In this document: positions 18,191 to 27,795 of the stretch, piece after piece | How the letters are laid out: every line of letters begins with the position of its first letter | Position numbering within the stretch: the stretch's first letter is position 1 | NCBI GenBank assembly: GCA_964504715.1 | Contig: CAZDEP010000001.1 | Location: forward strand, 97,842 to 161,841 | From: an uncultured Candidatus Saccharibacteria bacterium | Lineage (GTDB): Bacteria; Patescibacteriota; Doudnabacteria; UBA920 | DNA length: 64,000 nucleotides | Direction of reading: 5' to 3' | Notes under the pieces: generated by a model | Told to the model about the DNA's origin: nothing | What the model saw: only the letters and a program-made list of their open reading frames with translations | Database searches by the model: none | Made by a program: the position numbers and the translations under genes

Positions 18191-19723
18191 TCAAACTAAT
18201 AAGCTTTCCCCGGTCATTGACGCGGGTTTTTTTTTGTGCATTAGGCTTAAAATGGTGGGAGCGATGTTGGCCAAAGAACCATTAAAAGATTTAAGATTTA
18301 AAGATTTAAAATTGGAAACCAATATAAACGGAACAAGATTGGTTGTGTGGGCGGTGTGTTTTTCGCCCGTAACTGAATCAACATTCTGTTCCGCATTGCC
18401 GTGGTCCGCGGTCACTATTGCAACCCCTTTTTTAGACAGCACAGCCTCGCAAACCCGTTTAAGTTCCCTGTCCACGGTTTCCACGGCGGTAATTATTGCG
18501 CTTTTGTTTGCCGTATGGCCCACCATATCGGCATTGGCAAAATTTACCACCAGAAAATCGTCGCCGGCGCTTATTCTCTCTATGGCTTTGTCCGCAATTT
18601 CCCGCGCGCGCATTTCGGGCGCCAAGTCGTGCGTGGCCACATCGCGCCGGCTGTCAATTAAAAAATGTTGTTCCGCCACATGCGGGGTTTGCCTGCCGCC
18701 GTTGAAAAAGAAAGTCACGTGCCCGTACTTTTCCGTTTCCGCAATGTGCGACTGCTTTAAGCCGGCCCGGCTAATTTCCGCCGCCAAAGTTGTATCCAAC
18801 TTTTGCGGCGGGAAGGCAACCACCGCGTCTATGTCGGGATGGTATTCGGTCATGGTTACAAAAAACAAATTTTGTTTTTTTGCGCGCTCCACAATTTTTA
18901 GCGAGAGCTGGCGCGGCCGGTCGGTGCGGAAATTAAAGAAAAAAATACCATCGTTATCCTCGACCGTGTACGCTTTGCCGCTATCATCCAAAAAAACCAG
19001 CGGTTCCAGGTACTCGTCCATAGCCCCTTCTTGGTAAAGCGCGCGCAGGGCCTCGGAGGGCTTAAGGCCTTTGAAAGTTTTGCCTTCGCCTTCAAAAATT
19101 GCCTTTTCCGCTTTTTCCGTCCGGTGCCAGTTTTTGTCGCGATCCATGGCAAAATAGCGGCCGGTGGCCGTGGCAATAAAGCCTATTCCTAAATCTTCCA
19201 CCACTTTCTCCAGCTCGCAGAGGTACTTATGGTTTTCCTTGGGAGGCGCGTCGCGCCCGTCGGTAAAGGCGTGAATAATTATTTTGCTTATGCCGGACTG
19301 TTTGGCCGCTTTTAAAAATCCGTGCAAATGTTCCTGGTGGCTATGCACCCCAATGGGGCTGACCATGCCTAAAATATGCAGCGCGGAGTTGTATTTTTTG
19401 ACATGCTCAAACAGCTTAACAAAAGCCGGATTGGACTTAAACTCGTCATTGTTTAAAGCTTTGGATATGCGGACAAGTTCGGTGTCTATGGTTCTGCCCG
19501 CCCCCATTGTCATGTGGCCGATTTCGCTGTTGCCAATGGTGCCCTTGGGCAGGCCCACGGCTTCTTCGGACGCGTCCAAAACAGCATGGGGGTATTTCTC
19601 CATGGCATAATCAAAAAATGGGGTATGAGCCTCGGCAATGGCATTGTGTTCGCTTTCCTGCCGAAGGCCCCAGCCGTCTAAAATAATAAGGCAAACTGGG
19701 CGTATACCATCATACTTTATCAT
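18191..19723 (-). CDS. gpmI: 2,3-bisphosphoglycerate-independent phosphoglycerate mutase
   Basis: N-terminal LIILDGWG, metal-binding ADHGN motif, 510 aa. Confidence 0.9.
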   Translation of the reverse strand: MIKYDGIRPVCLIILDGWGLRQESEHNAIAEAHTPFFDYAMEKYPHAVLDASEEAVGLPKGTIGNSEIGHMTMGAGRTIDTELVRISKALNNDEFKSNPAFVKLFEHVKKYNSALHILGMVSPIGVHSHQEHLHGFLKAAKQSGISKIIIHAFTDGRDAPPKENHKYLCELEKVVEDLGIGFIATATGRYFAMDRDKNWHRTEKAEKAIFEGEGKTFKGLKPSEALRALYQEGAMDEYLEPLVFLDDSGKAYTVEDNDGIFFFNFRTDRPRQLSLKIVERAKKQNLFFVTMTEYHPDIDAVVAFPPQKLDTTLAAEISRAGLKQSHIAETEKYGHVTFFFNGGRQTPHVAEQHFLIDSRRDVATHDLAPEMRAREIADKAIERISAGDDFLVVNFANADMVGHTANKSAIITAVETVDRELKRVCEAVLSKKGVAIVTADHGNAEQNVDSVTGEKHTAHTTNLVPFILVSNFKSLNLKSFNGSLANIAPTILSLMHKKKPASMTGESLLV

Positions 19724-19769
19724 ACTTTATAAGTATAACACTTTTTATGCTAAAACTTTAGCAAAGTTT

Positions 19770-21536
19770 TTATTGGGCATTGCCCATAAATCCCCCGGCC
19801 TGGATTCCCCAGAGTTTTTGGTAAACGCCCTGCTTGGCTTTAATTAGCTCCTGGTGCTTGCCTTCTTCTACGATTCTTCCGCCGTCGATTACGACAATCC
19901 GGTCCATTTGCATAATGGTGGAAAGGCGGTGGGCGATGACAATTACGGTTTTGCCCTTCATAAGTTCTTTAAGCGCGTCTTGGATGTACCTTTCGCTTTC
20001 GCTGTCCAAAGAAGATGTGGCTTCGTCCAAAATAAGTATGGGCGCGTTTTTTAAAATTGCCCGGGCAATGGCCACCCTTTGCCTTTCGCCGCCCGAAAGT
20101 TTGACTCCCCTTTCGCCGACGTAAGTTTCATAAGCGAGCGGAAAGGCGTTTATAAATTCATGGGCGTGGGCCTTGTCAGCCGCCTGCATAACCTCTTCGT
20201 CGCTTGCATCCAGTTTGCCGTAACGGATGTTCTCCATTAAAGTCCTGTGGAATAAAATCGGTTCCTGCGGCACAAGGCTTAAATTTTCCCTCAAAGAATC
20301 CTGCGTAACTTTGGCAATGTCCTGGCCGTCAATGTTTATTTTTCCGGAATTAAGGTCATGAAAACGCAGCAGCAGTTTTACAATGGTGGACTTGCCGCCG
20401 CCGGAAGGGCCGATAAGCGCCACCCGCTCCCCGGCTTTTACATGCAGGTTAAAATTTTGCATGACTTCCACGCCTTCTTTGTATGTGAAGCTGACATTGT
20501 TAAAAATAATTTCGCCTTTTTTGACTTTGAGTTCCTTGGCGCCCCCGGCATCGGTAATTTCGTGCGGTTCTATGAGCATTTCCGTCATTTCATTGGCATC
20601 GGCCGTTGCTTCGTAAATAGTGCGGATGTTTTTTCCGGTATCCCACAACTGGTCAAAAATCCTCAAAATGTAGGCTTGGACCAAAGCAATGTCCCCCACG
20701 GCAATTTGCCCGGTTTGCCACAAATGCAGGGCTAAGTACATAAGGCCGAACTCTAGCGATATCATATAAAAGCTTTGGAAGATTTCCGCAATGTTGCCTA
20801 AGTCGCCGGATTTTTTGCGCGCGCGGAATTGGCTGTCGGTAACGCTGGCAAAGCGGGAAAATTCCAGGGGGTAGCGCGAATAAATTTTTATGTTAAAGTT
20901 ATTCGTCAAAGTGTCGGCCAGCTGGGCGGTGGTCCGGGTGTCGGCATGGGCGCGCTTTATGTCAAAGGGCAGCTTGTAGCGGGCAAAAAAGTAAACCATA
21001 ACCATATAGCTAAGACACCAGCCCAGCATAATGCCGCCCAAAAGGTGGTTGCGCCAAAAAAGAATGCCCACAATAATGAACATTTCCACCAGCGAACGCC
21101 CCAGGTTGTAGAAAACCTGGTCGGAAATTTGTTCAAACGCCCTTTCATAGCGCTTAACTTTGGTAACCAGGCTGCCAATGAAGCTGGAGTTAAAAAAACC
21201 AATGGAGTGGCGCTGGAGGTATTCGTAGCAGGTGCGAACCAGGTCTGCCATTACCCTTGGCTGAAAAAAATTGTTTAAAAAGTTAATGCCGCGCCAAACC
21301 GCAATCCTAAAAGCGTTGAGGGCAAAAATCGTGGCAATAATTATTACTGCGGGCCGGAACGATGCGGGCGTCGGCGATTCGGCAACCAGGGTTATAAGCC
21401 GGCTATACAAAAGCGGCGGAATATCCCTAAGAAGGGTAACTGCGATCATGCTGAAAAACAGCACGTAAGGCTGCCACGTGTACTTTTTGGCATGCCGCCA
21501 GAAAATTTTTAGAGTTTGCCTGGTTAGCGACTGCAT
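19770..21536 (-). CDS. ABC exporter, fused permease/ATPase (MsbA-like)
   Basis: Six-TM N-terminus, Walker A GPSGGGKST, signature LSGGERQR, Walker B ILILDEATS. Confidence 0.9.
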   Translation of the reverse strand: MQSLTRQTLKIFWRHAKKYTWQPYVLFFSMIAVTLLRDIPPLLYSRLITLVAESPTPASFRPAVIIIATIFALNAFRIAVWRGINFLNNFFQPRVMADLVRTCYEYLQRHSIGFFNSSFIGSLVTKVKRYERAFEQISDQVFYNLGRSLVEMFIIVGILFWRNHLLGGIMLGWCLSYMVMVYFFARYKLPFDIKRAHADTRTTAQLADTLTNNFNIKIYSRYPLEFSRFASVTDSQFRARKKSGDLGNIAEIFQSFYMISLEFGLMYLALHLWQTGQIAVGDIALVQAYILRIFDQLWDTGKNIRTIYEATADANEMTEMLIEPHEITDAGGAKELKVKKGEIIFNNVSFTYKEGVEVMQNFNLHVKAGERVALIGPSGGGKSTIVKLLLRFHDLNSGKINIDGQDIAKVTQDSLRENLSLVPQEPILFHRTLMENIRYGKLDASDEEVMQAADKAHAHEFINAFPLAYETYVGERGVKLSGGERQRVAIARAILKNAPILILDEATSSLDSESERYIQDALKELMKGKTVIVIAHRLSTIMQMDRIVVIDGGRIVEEGKHQELIKAKQGVYQKLWGIQAGGFMGNAQ

Positions 21537-21649
21537 AAATGGATATGTTACAAAAGATTTTTGAAAATAAAAAATTATCTTTCGAGTGGAATCGAAAAGA
21601 TAATTGTATGGAAACCCAGGATCTTAGTTCTCGACAGGCTCGAACATTA

Positions 21650-22042
21650 TTATCTTTTCAAACCCAATCCCCAATTAACAAAGAACAGGACTATGCTAAA
21701 CAGCATGGCCCAGCCTAAGCCCTCCACCTTAAAGCCCGGGACAATTGCACTGGCCAAAAGCACGAGCAGGGCGTTGATTATTAAGGTAAAGAGGCCTAAC
21801 GTTAAAATGTTAATGGGCAGGGTCAAGATTATTAAAAAAGGTTTTATAAAAGTGTTAATGAGGCCGATTACCACGGCCGCCACGAGCGCCGGAAAAAAGC
21901 CGGCAATTTGCACGCCGGGCAAAATATAAGCCGCGACCATTATGGCCAAAGCGGACAGGATCCATTGGATAAGTATTTGCATAAAATCGTCCTTATTTAA
22001 GAATTTTAACATTTTTAATCCAATATTCCAAATATCCGGCAT
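21650..22042 (-). CDS. Small 4-TM membrane protein (DUF360 / phage-holin-4-like family)
   Basis: Hydrophobic helices ILPGVQIAGFFPALVAAVVIGLINTFIKPFL. Real start probably the downstream Met (MQILIQW). Confidence 0.5.
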   Translation of the reverse strand: MPDIWNIGLKMLKFLNKDDFMQILIQWILSALAIMVAAYILPGVQIAGFFPALVAAVVIGLINTFIKPFLIILTLPINILTLGLFTLIINALLVLLASAIVPGFKVEGLGWAMLFSIVLFFVNWGLGLKR

Positions 22043-22097
22043 GGACTGGATTTATTTGGGGTTTTATGTTAAAATGCCGAAAGTTGGCTAAAAGTCC

Positions 22098-22173
22098 GCC
22101 GGCTTAGCTCATCTGGTAGAGCAACGGTTTTGTAAACCGTAGGTGGCCGGTTCGAGTCCGGCAGCCGGCTCCA
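22098..22173 (+). tRNA. tRNA-Thr (anticodon UGU)
   Basis: Cloverleaf gccggct/agccggc acceptor, anticodon loop tttgtaa, T-arm ggttcgagtcc, encoded CCA. Confidence 0.85.
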
Positions 22174-22266
22174 GCATCATTTATAGGATCAGTTATGATG
22201 CTTTAGATTTTCCTGACGCCCAGGAAATCTTTAAATCTTTCTATTATTAAATATTTAAATTTACTA

Positions 22267-22422
22267 ATGTCCCAAGATCATCTTATAAATTTGGAATGCA
22301 CCGTTTGCCATAACCTTAATTACCAAACCAAGAAGAACAAAAAAAATACGCAAAAGCGTTTGGAACTTCAAAAGTTTTGCAAATTCTGCAAAAAGAAAAC
22401 TTTACATAAAGAAACCAAATAA
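22267..22422 (+). CDS. rpmG: 50S ribosomal protein L33
   Basis: [51 protein letters not shown], 51 aa with CxxC...CxxC. Absent from the ORF track (under 60 aa). Confidence 0.85.
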   Translation: MSQDHLINLECTVCHNLNYQTKKNKKNTQKRLELQKFCKFCKKKTLHKETK

Positions 22423-22452
22423 CTCATGAGCCATCTTACGATGGCTCTTTAT

Positions 22453-22526
22453 GGGGGCGTCGTATAATGGTAGTACAGCGGTCTCCAAAACCGCTTGCGT
22501 GGGTTCGATTCCTACCGCCCCTGCCA
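22453..22526 (+). tRNA. tRNA-Trp (anticodon CCA)
   Basis: gggggcg acceptor, anticodon loop ctccaaa, T-arm gggttcgattcctac, encoded CCA. Followed by a terminator hairpin at 22527-22566. Confidence 0.85.
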
Positions 22527-22656
22527 AAAAGAATGTGTGCCTTTGCGGTGCACATTCTTTTTGGTTACGCAGGATAGGAATCGAAGGGCGCGAGTGCAAT
22601 CCGAGCAGGTGCAGGATTGCATTGTGTGTAGCGCCCCGGCTTTTTGTCGGAGCAAA

Positions 22657-22679
22657 AAGGATTCCTACCGCCCTTGCCA
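22657..22679 (+). repeat. Direct repeat of the tRNA-Trp 3' end (att-like scar or pseudo-tRNA fragment)
   Basis: aggattcctaccgcccttgccat versus tRNA 3' end ttcgattcctaccgcccctgcca, about 130 bp apart. Confidence 0.5.
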
Positions 22680-22799
22680 TAAAAAACCGGTTTGATATGG
22701 ACGGGTTTTTTTGTTATCATTTATTAGAATTATTAACTTAGTCATTTGGTGCAGATGCGGGAGAGATTGCTTCGGCTGCACTCGCAATGACAAAAAAAG

Positions 22800-24053
22800 A
22801 TGAAATTCAAAGTAAAGGACATAAATTTGGCCAAGGCCGGCAAAATGAAAATCGCCCTGGCGGAAAAGGAAATGCCGGTTTTAAATATCATCCGGCAGGA
22901 TTTTAAAAAGCGCCAGCCTTTTAAGGACGTCCGGATTGCCGCGTGTTTGCATGTAACGAAAGAAACCGCGGTTTTAATCCGCACGCTGGTAGCGGGAGGC
23001 GCAAGCGTTGCGGTTTGCGGCAGCAATCCCCTTTCGACACAGGATGACGTTGCGGCAGCAATGGCGGAGGAAGGCGTAAATGTTTTTGCCTGGCGCGGGA
23101 TAAACAATGAAAAATATTACTGGTGCTTAAACCAGGTGCTTGACAGGAACCCCCACATTACCATAGACGACGGTGCGGACGTAATTTCCCTAATCCACGG
23201 CAAGCGGAAGGAACAGCTAAAGACGGTTTGGGCCGGACAGGAAGAGACGACCACGGGCGTCATTCGCCTTAAGGCCATGGACAAAGCGGGCAAATTAAAA
23301 TACCCGATAGTCGCCGTAAACGACACGCCGACCAAACACATGTTTGACAACTACTACGGCACGGGCCAATCCACCATGGACGGCCTTTTGCGCGCAACCA
23401 ATATTTTATTGTCAGGAAAAACCGTGGTCATTGCCGGCTACGGCTATTGCGGCAAAGGCATGGCTTTAAGGGCAAAGGGCCTGGGCGCGAGGGTGATTGT
23501 AACGGAAGTTGACCCCCTGCCCGCCCTCCAGGGCGTTATGGACGGCTTTCAGGTCATGCCAATGGGCCAGGCCGCGAAAATTGGCGACGTGTTTTTAACC
23601 GCCACGGGCGACAAAGACGTCATTACCAAAGAACATTTTAAGTTAATGAAGGACGGCACGGTTTTAGGCAACAGCGGGCATTTTAATGTGGAAATAAACG
23701 TGGCACAGCTCGAGCGCGAAGCCCGCGCCAAAAGGCAGGTCAGGGATAATTTAATGGAATACGAGATGCGCGACGGCCGCAGGCTTTACTTAATCGCCGA
23801 AGGCCGCTTAATGAATCTGGCCGCGGCCGAAGGCCATCCTTCCGCGGTTATGGATTTGTCTTTTGCCGACCAGGCTTTAACTGCCGAATGGCTTGTGGTA
23901 AATTATCAAAATCTGGAAAAAAAGGTTTATGACGTACCCAAGGAAATAGACGAAAAGGTTTCCAGGTTAAAGCTCCAGGCCCTGGGCGTTAAAATTGACG
24001 TGCTCACGCCGTCCCAAAAGAAATACCTTGCCAGCTGGCAGGAAGGAACATAA
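22800..24053 (+). CDS. ahcY: Adenosylhomocysteinase
   Basis: NAD-binding GYGYCGKG, conserved catalytic regions, 417 aa. Confidence 0.9.
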   Translation: MKFKVKDINLAKAGKMKIALAEKEMPVLNIIRQDFKKRQPFKDVRIAACLHVTKETAVLIRTLVAGGASVAVCGSNPLSTQDDVAAAMAEEGVNVFAWRGINNEKYYWCLNQVLDRNPHITIDDGADVISLIHGKRKEQLKTVWAGQEETTTGVIRLKAMDKAGKLKYPIVAVNDTPTKHMFDNYYGTGQSTMDGLLRATNILLSGKTVVIAGYGYCGKGMALRAKGLGARVIVTEVDPLPALQGVMDGFQVMPMGQAAKIGDVFLTATGDKDVITKEHFKLMKDGTVLGNSGHFNVEINVAQLEREARAKRQVRDNLMEYEMRDGRRLYLIAEGRLMNLAAAEGHPSAVMDLSFADQALTAEWLVVNYQNLEKKVYDVPKEIDEKVSRLKLQALGVKIDVLTPSQKKYLASWQEGT

Positions 24054-24120
24054 TTAGGTCTTGGATGTTGGATGTTAGTCAAGCAATAAAAAACACATTT
24101 CGTTTGAAATGTGTTTTTTA

Positions 24121-24206
24121 TGGTGGGCAGAGCAGGATTCGAACCTGCGTAGCCGAAAGGCGCCTGATTTACAGTCAGGTGTAATTGACCGCTCTACCAT
24201 CTGCCC
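24121..24206 (-). tRNA. tRNA-Tyr (anticodon GUA), long variable arm
   Basis: Reverse complement gggcagatggtagagcggtcaattacacctgactgtaaatcagg...ggttcgaatcctgctctgcccacca. Bidirectional terminator hairpin at 24088-24120. Confidence 0.85.
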
Positions 24207-24276
24207 ATATTAAAAAATGAAGGTGCCATCTAATAAGACTAGCTAATTTTACCAGCTTTAGGATATTATTTCAAGG

Positions 24277-26118
24277 CTACCTAACATCCTCAAAATTTAT
24301 TTTCAGAGCGTTTAGAATTACCGCGACGTCTATGGCTTCCTGCAAAAGCGCGCCGTAAATGGGAGGGATGTAGCCCAAGGCGGCCACCACCATAAGCAAG
24401 ATGCTTATGCCAATCCCTGCAAAAATCCCCTCTTTGGCCACGCGCATTACCCGTTGGGCTATATGCAGCGCGTCGTGCACGCGCATAAAATTATTTTGCA
24501 TTATTACTATATCTGCGCTTTCGGAAGAGGCGGAAGACCCGTGGTAGGCAATGGCAATGCCGACGTCCGCGGCCGCAAGAGCCGGCGCATCGTTAACGCC
24601 ATCCCCCACCATAGCCACGGGCGCGTAGGAGTTTTTTAAGTTCTTTATGGCTTGGACTTTTTGTTCCGGCAAAAGTTCGGCTTCGTAATCTTTTATGCCC
24701 AAATCGGCGGCAATTTTGGCGGCCACCGGCCGCTTGTCGCCGGTGAGCATAACCATTTTTTGGATGTTATGCTCCTGCATGGAGGCAAAGACCTGCTTTG
24801 TTTCCGGCCGGACGGCGTCGGCAAAGGACACATAGCCCAAAAGCGTCCCGCCCTGGGCGAGATAAACTGAAATTTTTCCCTCTGAGGCAATTTGGTCATG
24901 GGCTGCCTGTACGGCCTCGGAAATTTCCACGCCCTGCTGTTTTAAAAAATTGAGTTTGCCGAAAATATAATTTTTGCCGGAGAGTTCCGCGGTTACGCCG
25001 TTGCCGAGCGATTCTTTAAAATTTGTCGGCAGCTCCAAACGCAAATTTTTTTCCTTTTTTGCGTAGTCAACCAAAGCGCGCGCAAAAACGTGGTTTGAGT
25101 ATTGGTCCACGGACGCGCCAATTTGCGCGACCTCCGCGCCCGGCACCAAAGCGGTAATTTTTTCCACTTTGGGTTCGCCTAAAGTCAGTGTACCGGTTTT
25201 GTCAAAGGCCAGCGCGCGCGCTTCGCCCAAAATTTCCAACGCCGCCCCATTTTTTACAATGGCTCCCCTGGAAGCTGTCTTGCTAATGCCGGAAATAATG
25301 GCAATGGGCGTGGCCAAAATAAGCGGGCAGGGTGTGGCCACGACCAGGACGGATAAAAAACGTATGGATTCGCCGGAAATAAGCCACGCGCCTACCGCCA
25401 GCACAAAAGTTATGGCCGTAAACCATACGGCATAGCGGTCGGCAAGCCTGACTACCGGCGCTTTGCTGTCTTGGGCCTCCTGCACCAATTTGACTATGCG
25501 CGCGTACTGGCTTTCGTGGGCGGGTTTTAGCGCGCGGATGATTAGCGCTTCGTCTTTGTTAACGGTACCGCTGTAAGTTAAGCTGCCCGGCTGTTTTTTG
25601 GCCGGGAGTGATTCGCCCGTAATGCTTTGTTCGTCGACTTCCGAAACGCCTTCTTCCACTATCCCGTCAGCCGGCAGGGTCTCGCCCGGTTTTACCAGCA
25701 AAAGGTCATGGGCCGCAATATCTTCTATTTTGATATCCACAATTTCCGAGCCCGTTTTTTTGTGCGCGACGGTGGGCGCCAAAGACAAAAGCTTGGTAAG
25801 TTCGCGGCTGGAGCGTTTTAGGGCGTAGGCTTCCAGAGCTTCGCCGCCCGACAGCATAAGCAAAATGACGGTTCCCGCCAGGTATTGCTGTAGCGCGAAA
25901 GAAGTTAAAATTGCCGCAATGGCTATTAAATCCACGCCAAAATGTCCGCGGAAAATGTCTTTGAGCATCCTGTATACCAAAGGCAGTGTGCCAATTACCA
26001 GGGTAACCAGCCAAACTTTGTCATCCCAATATTCTTTTCCGGCAAAGTGAAAAAGGCTTCCTAAAATAAGTCCAAAGAGGCTAAGGAGGGGTATGGCGTA
26101 AGCGTAGAATTTTTGCAT
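24277..26118 (-). CDS. P1B-type heavy-metal translocating P-type ATPase (no N-terminal metal-binding domain)
   Basis: DKTGTLT phosphorylation site, TM CPx motif (ATPCPL), GDGVNDAPAL hinge. Confidence 0.85.
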   Translation of the reverse strand: MQKFYAYAIPLLSLFGLILGSLFHFAGKEYWDDKVWLVTLVIGTLPLVYRMLKDIFRGHFGVDLIAIAAILTSFALQQYLAGTVILLMLSGGEALEAYALKRSSRELTKLLSLAPTVAHKKTGSEIVDIKIEDIAAHDLLLVKPGETLPADGIVEEGVSEVDEQSITGESLPAKKQPGSLTYSGTVNKDEALIIRALKPAHESQYARIVKLVQEAQDSKAPVVRLADRYAVWFTAITFVLAVGAWLISGESIRFLSVLVVATPCPLILATPIAIISGISKTASRGAIVKNGAALEILGEARALAFDKTGTLTLGEPKVEKITALVPGAEVAQIGASVDQYSNHVFARALVDYAKKEKNLRLELPTNFKESLGNGVTAELSGKNYIFGKLNFLKQQGVEISEAVQAAHDQIASEGKISVYLAQGGTLLGYVSFADAVRPETKQVFASMQEHNIQKMVMLTGDKRPVAAKIAADLGIKDYEAELLPEQKVQAIKNLKNSYAPVAMVGDGVNDAPALAAADVGIAIAYHGSSASSESADIVIMQNNFMRVHDALHIAQRVMRVAKEGIFAGIGISILLMVVAALGYIPPIYGALLQEAIDVAVILNALKINFEDVR

Positions 26119-26198
26119 CCTTTCTATTTTAACACAAAATCCGTATTGTCAATAAATTTATTAAAAAAACATCCCGCTGTAAGCGGGATGTTTTTTTA

Positions 26199-26274
26199 TG
26201 GAGCCGTTGACCGGGATTGAACCGGTGACCTTCTCCTTACCATGGAGATGCTCTACCAGCTGAGCTACAACGGC
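26199..26274 (-). tRNA. tRNA-Thr (anticodon GGU)
   Basis: Reverse complement gccgttgtagctcagctggtagagcatctccatggtaaggaga...accggttcaatcccggtcaacggctcca. Followed on the minus strand by terminator hairpin 26165-26196. Confidence 0.85.
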
Positions 26275-26296
26275 GCGAGAATAATATAATGGAAGA

Positions 26297-27055
26297 TTAT
26301 TTTGCTTGAGGTTTAATTTTTTCCAACCGGCCCTTTAATTCCAGATACTTAAAATTTTGCGGATCAATGGCTAAACCGTGAGCCAGCGCTTCCATTGCCT
26401 CTGTGGGCTCGTTTAAGGCCTTGAGGCTTTGCGCCAGATTATAATAGCGGTTTGGCTGGTTTGAATCAAGTGCTACCGATTTTTTGTAGGCTTCGGCGGC
26501 TTCCGAATAATTTTGGGTTTTAAAGGAAACGAAGCCCAAGTTAGACCAGTATTCCGCCATTCCCGAAGCGTGGGAGGTTAAGTACATATATATATCCCGC
26601 GCATCAGCAAAATTCCCATGATGCAAATAATATTTGCCCAAGTCGTCGTAAAGCTTTAAATTTTTTGGCTCTTTTTTTATTAATTCGAGCAGGTCGTCTT
26701 CGCTTACCGGAATTTGGGGAATGTCCCGCGGCTCTTCGGCCAAATGCGGGATTTCCGGCGCGCGGTTGCGCGCCGCAAACAGCCGTTTGACTTTTAAAAC
26801 CGCACTGCCGGAAGGCGTAATTTCTTTTGCTTCCAATATAAACCGCCAGATTTTTTTTACCCAAAAAACCACATGGTGCCTAATTTTGGAAAAACTTTCC
26901 GCCGGCAAGCCTTTTCTTGTGAGTTTTTCGTGGGCTGGCTGTTCCTTTTCTTTCCCGCCCAAGAGGTTGGCCTCCGGCAAGCGCCTGAGCACCATTAAAA
27001 TGGCGACGAAAATCGCAAGCAGGAAAATTAAGGTTGGAATTATTTGGTAAGACAA
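26297..27055 (-). CDS. TPR-repeat protein with N-terminal membrane anchor (TTG start)
   Basis: N-terminal hydrophobic helix. C-terminal half has tetratricopeptide repeats (AEYWSNLGFVSFKTQNYSEAAEAYKKSVALD...). Confidence 0.65.
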   Translation of the reverse strand: MSYQIIPTLIFLLAIFVAILMVLRRLPEANLLGGKEKEQPAHEKLTRKGLPAESFSKIRHHVVFWVKKIWRFILEAKEITPSGSAVLKVKRLFAARNRAPEIPHLAEEPRDIPQIPVSEDDLLELIKKEPKNLKLYDDLGKYYLHHGNFADARDIYMYLTSHASGMAEYWSNLGFVSFKTQNYSEAAEAYKKSVALDSNQPNRYYNLAQSLKALNEPTEAMEALAHGLAIDPQNFKYLELKGRLEKIKPQAK

Positions 27056-27059
27056 GCTT

Positions 27060-27200
27060 AGAATTGACCTAATTACCTAATTGCCCTAATTATTCTAAAC
27101 AAATCCCAATGACTAATTTTAAAATTGGGTATTAGACATTCTTTAGGGCACTTAGAATAATTAGAAATTAGGAATTTATAAGTCTAATCTTGTGCCCGAA
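27060..27200 (-). repeat. Leader/intergenic element: 3 direct CTAATT units, central CCCAAT/ATTGGG hairpin, 3 inverted AATTAG units; abuts the TPR gene start
   Basis: cctaattac ctaattgcc ctaattatt ... cccaatgactaattttaaaattggg ... ttagaataattagaaattagg. Confidence 0.55.
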
Positions 27201-27203
27201 TTT

Positions 27204-27794
27204 CTAATTGCCCAAAACGAAACGGGCGAAACGCCTTACGACCACATTTTCCCCCATTTTGGCAACCGCATCGGCCACAAACCGTTCCACCGTAATGTCC
27301 GGATTTTTTACAAAGGGCTGGCTTAAAAGGCAGGCTTCCTCAAAATATTTGTTGAGTTTGCCGTCCAGAATTTTATTTGCAATCTCTTCGGGCTTGCCTT
27401 TCAGGCTGTCTTTGGCCTGCTCGCGGTAAATTTCTTTTTCTTTTTCCACGACTTCGGCCGGGACGTCATTTTTGGATACGTAAAGCGGATTGGCCCCGGC
27501 AATGTGCAGGGCCAGCTCGCGGGCCAAGGTTTTAAAATCCTCGGTACGGGCCACAAAGTCGGTTTCGCAATTTATTTCCAGCAAAACTCCAACCCGGCTG
27601 CCCGGATGGATATAGGCCTCAACCAGGCCTTCTTTGGCGACGCGATCCGCTTTTTTTCCCATTTTGAGCGCGCCTTTTTTGCGGAGGATCTCCACCGCTT
27701 TATTTTTGTCCCCGCCGGCTTCATCCAGAGCGGTTTTTACGTCCATTAGTCCCGCACCTGTGAGTTCGCGGACTTCTTTTATAATATCGTTCAT
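27204..27794 (-). CDS. tsf: Elongation factor Ts
   Basis: MNDIIKEVRELTGAGLMDVKTALDEAGGDKNKAVEILRKKG N-terminal UBA-like signature. Confidence 0.95.
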   Translation of the reverse strand: MNDIIKEVRELTGAGLMDVKTALDEAGGDKNKAVEILRKKGALKMGKKADRVAKEGLVEAYIHPGSRVGVLLEINCETDFVARTEDFKTLARELALHIAGANPLYVSKNDVPAEVVEKEKEIYREQAKDSLKGKPEEIANKILDGKLNKYFEEACLLSQPFVKNPDITVERFVADAVAKMGENVVVRRFARFVLGN

Positions 27795-27795
27795 A

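Noticed and set aside
18165-19037. 290-aa plus-strand ORF antisense to gpmI, and similar antisense ORFs across the window (for example 819-1055, 863-1075, 1677-2060, 5586-5963, 20829-21278, 29796-30176, 36685-37089, 37731-38318, 40272-40886, 49515-49994)
   Set aside because: Each lies wholly inside a well-supported gene on the opposite strand and has no motif. These are typical shadow ORFs.
22402-22741. ORFs 22402-22680 (minus), 22451-22741 (plus) and 22495-22695 (plus)
   Set aside because: They overlap tRNA-Trp, its terminator and the duplicated tRNA 3' end. They are not coding.
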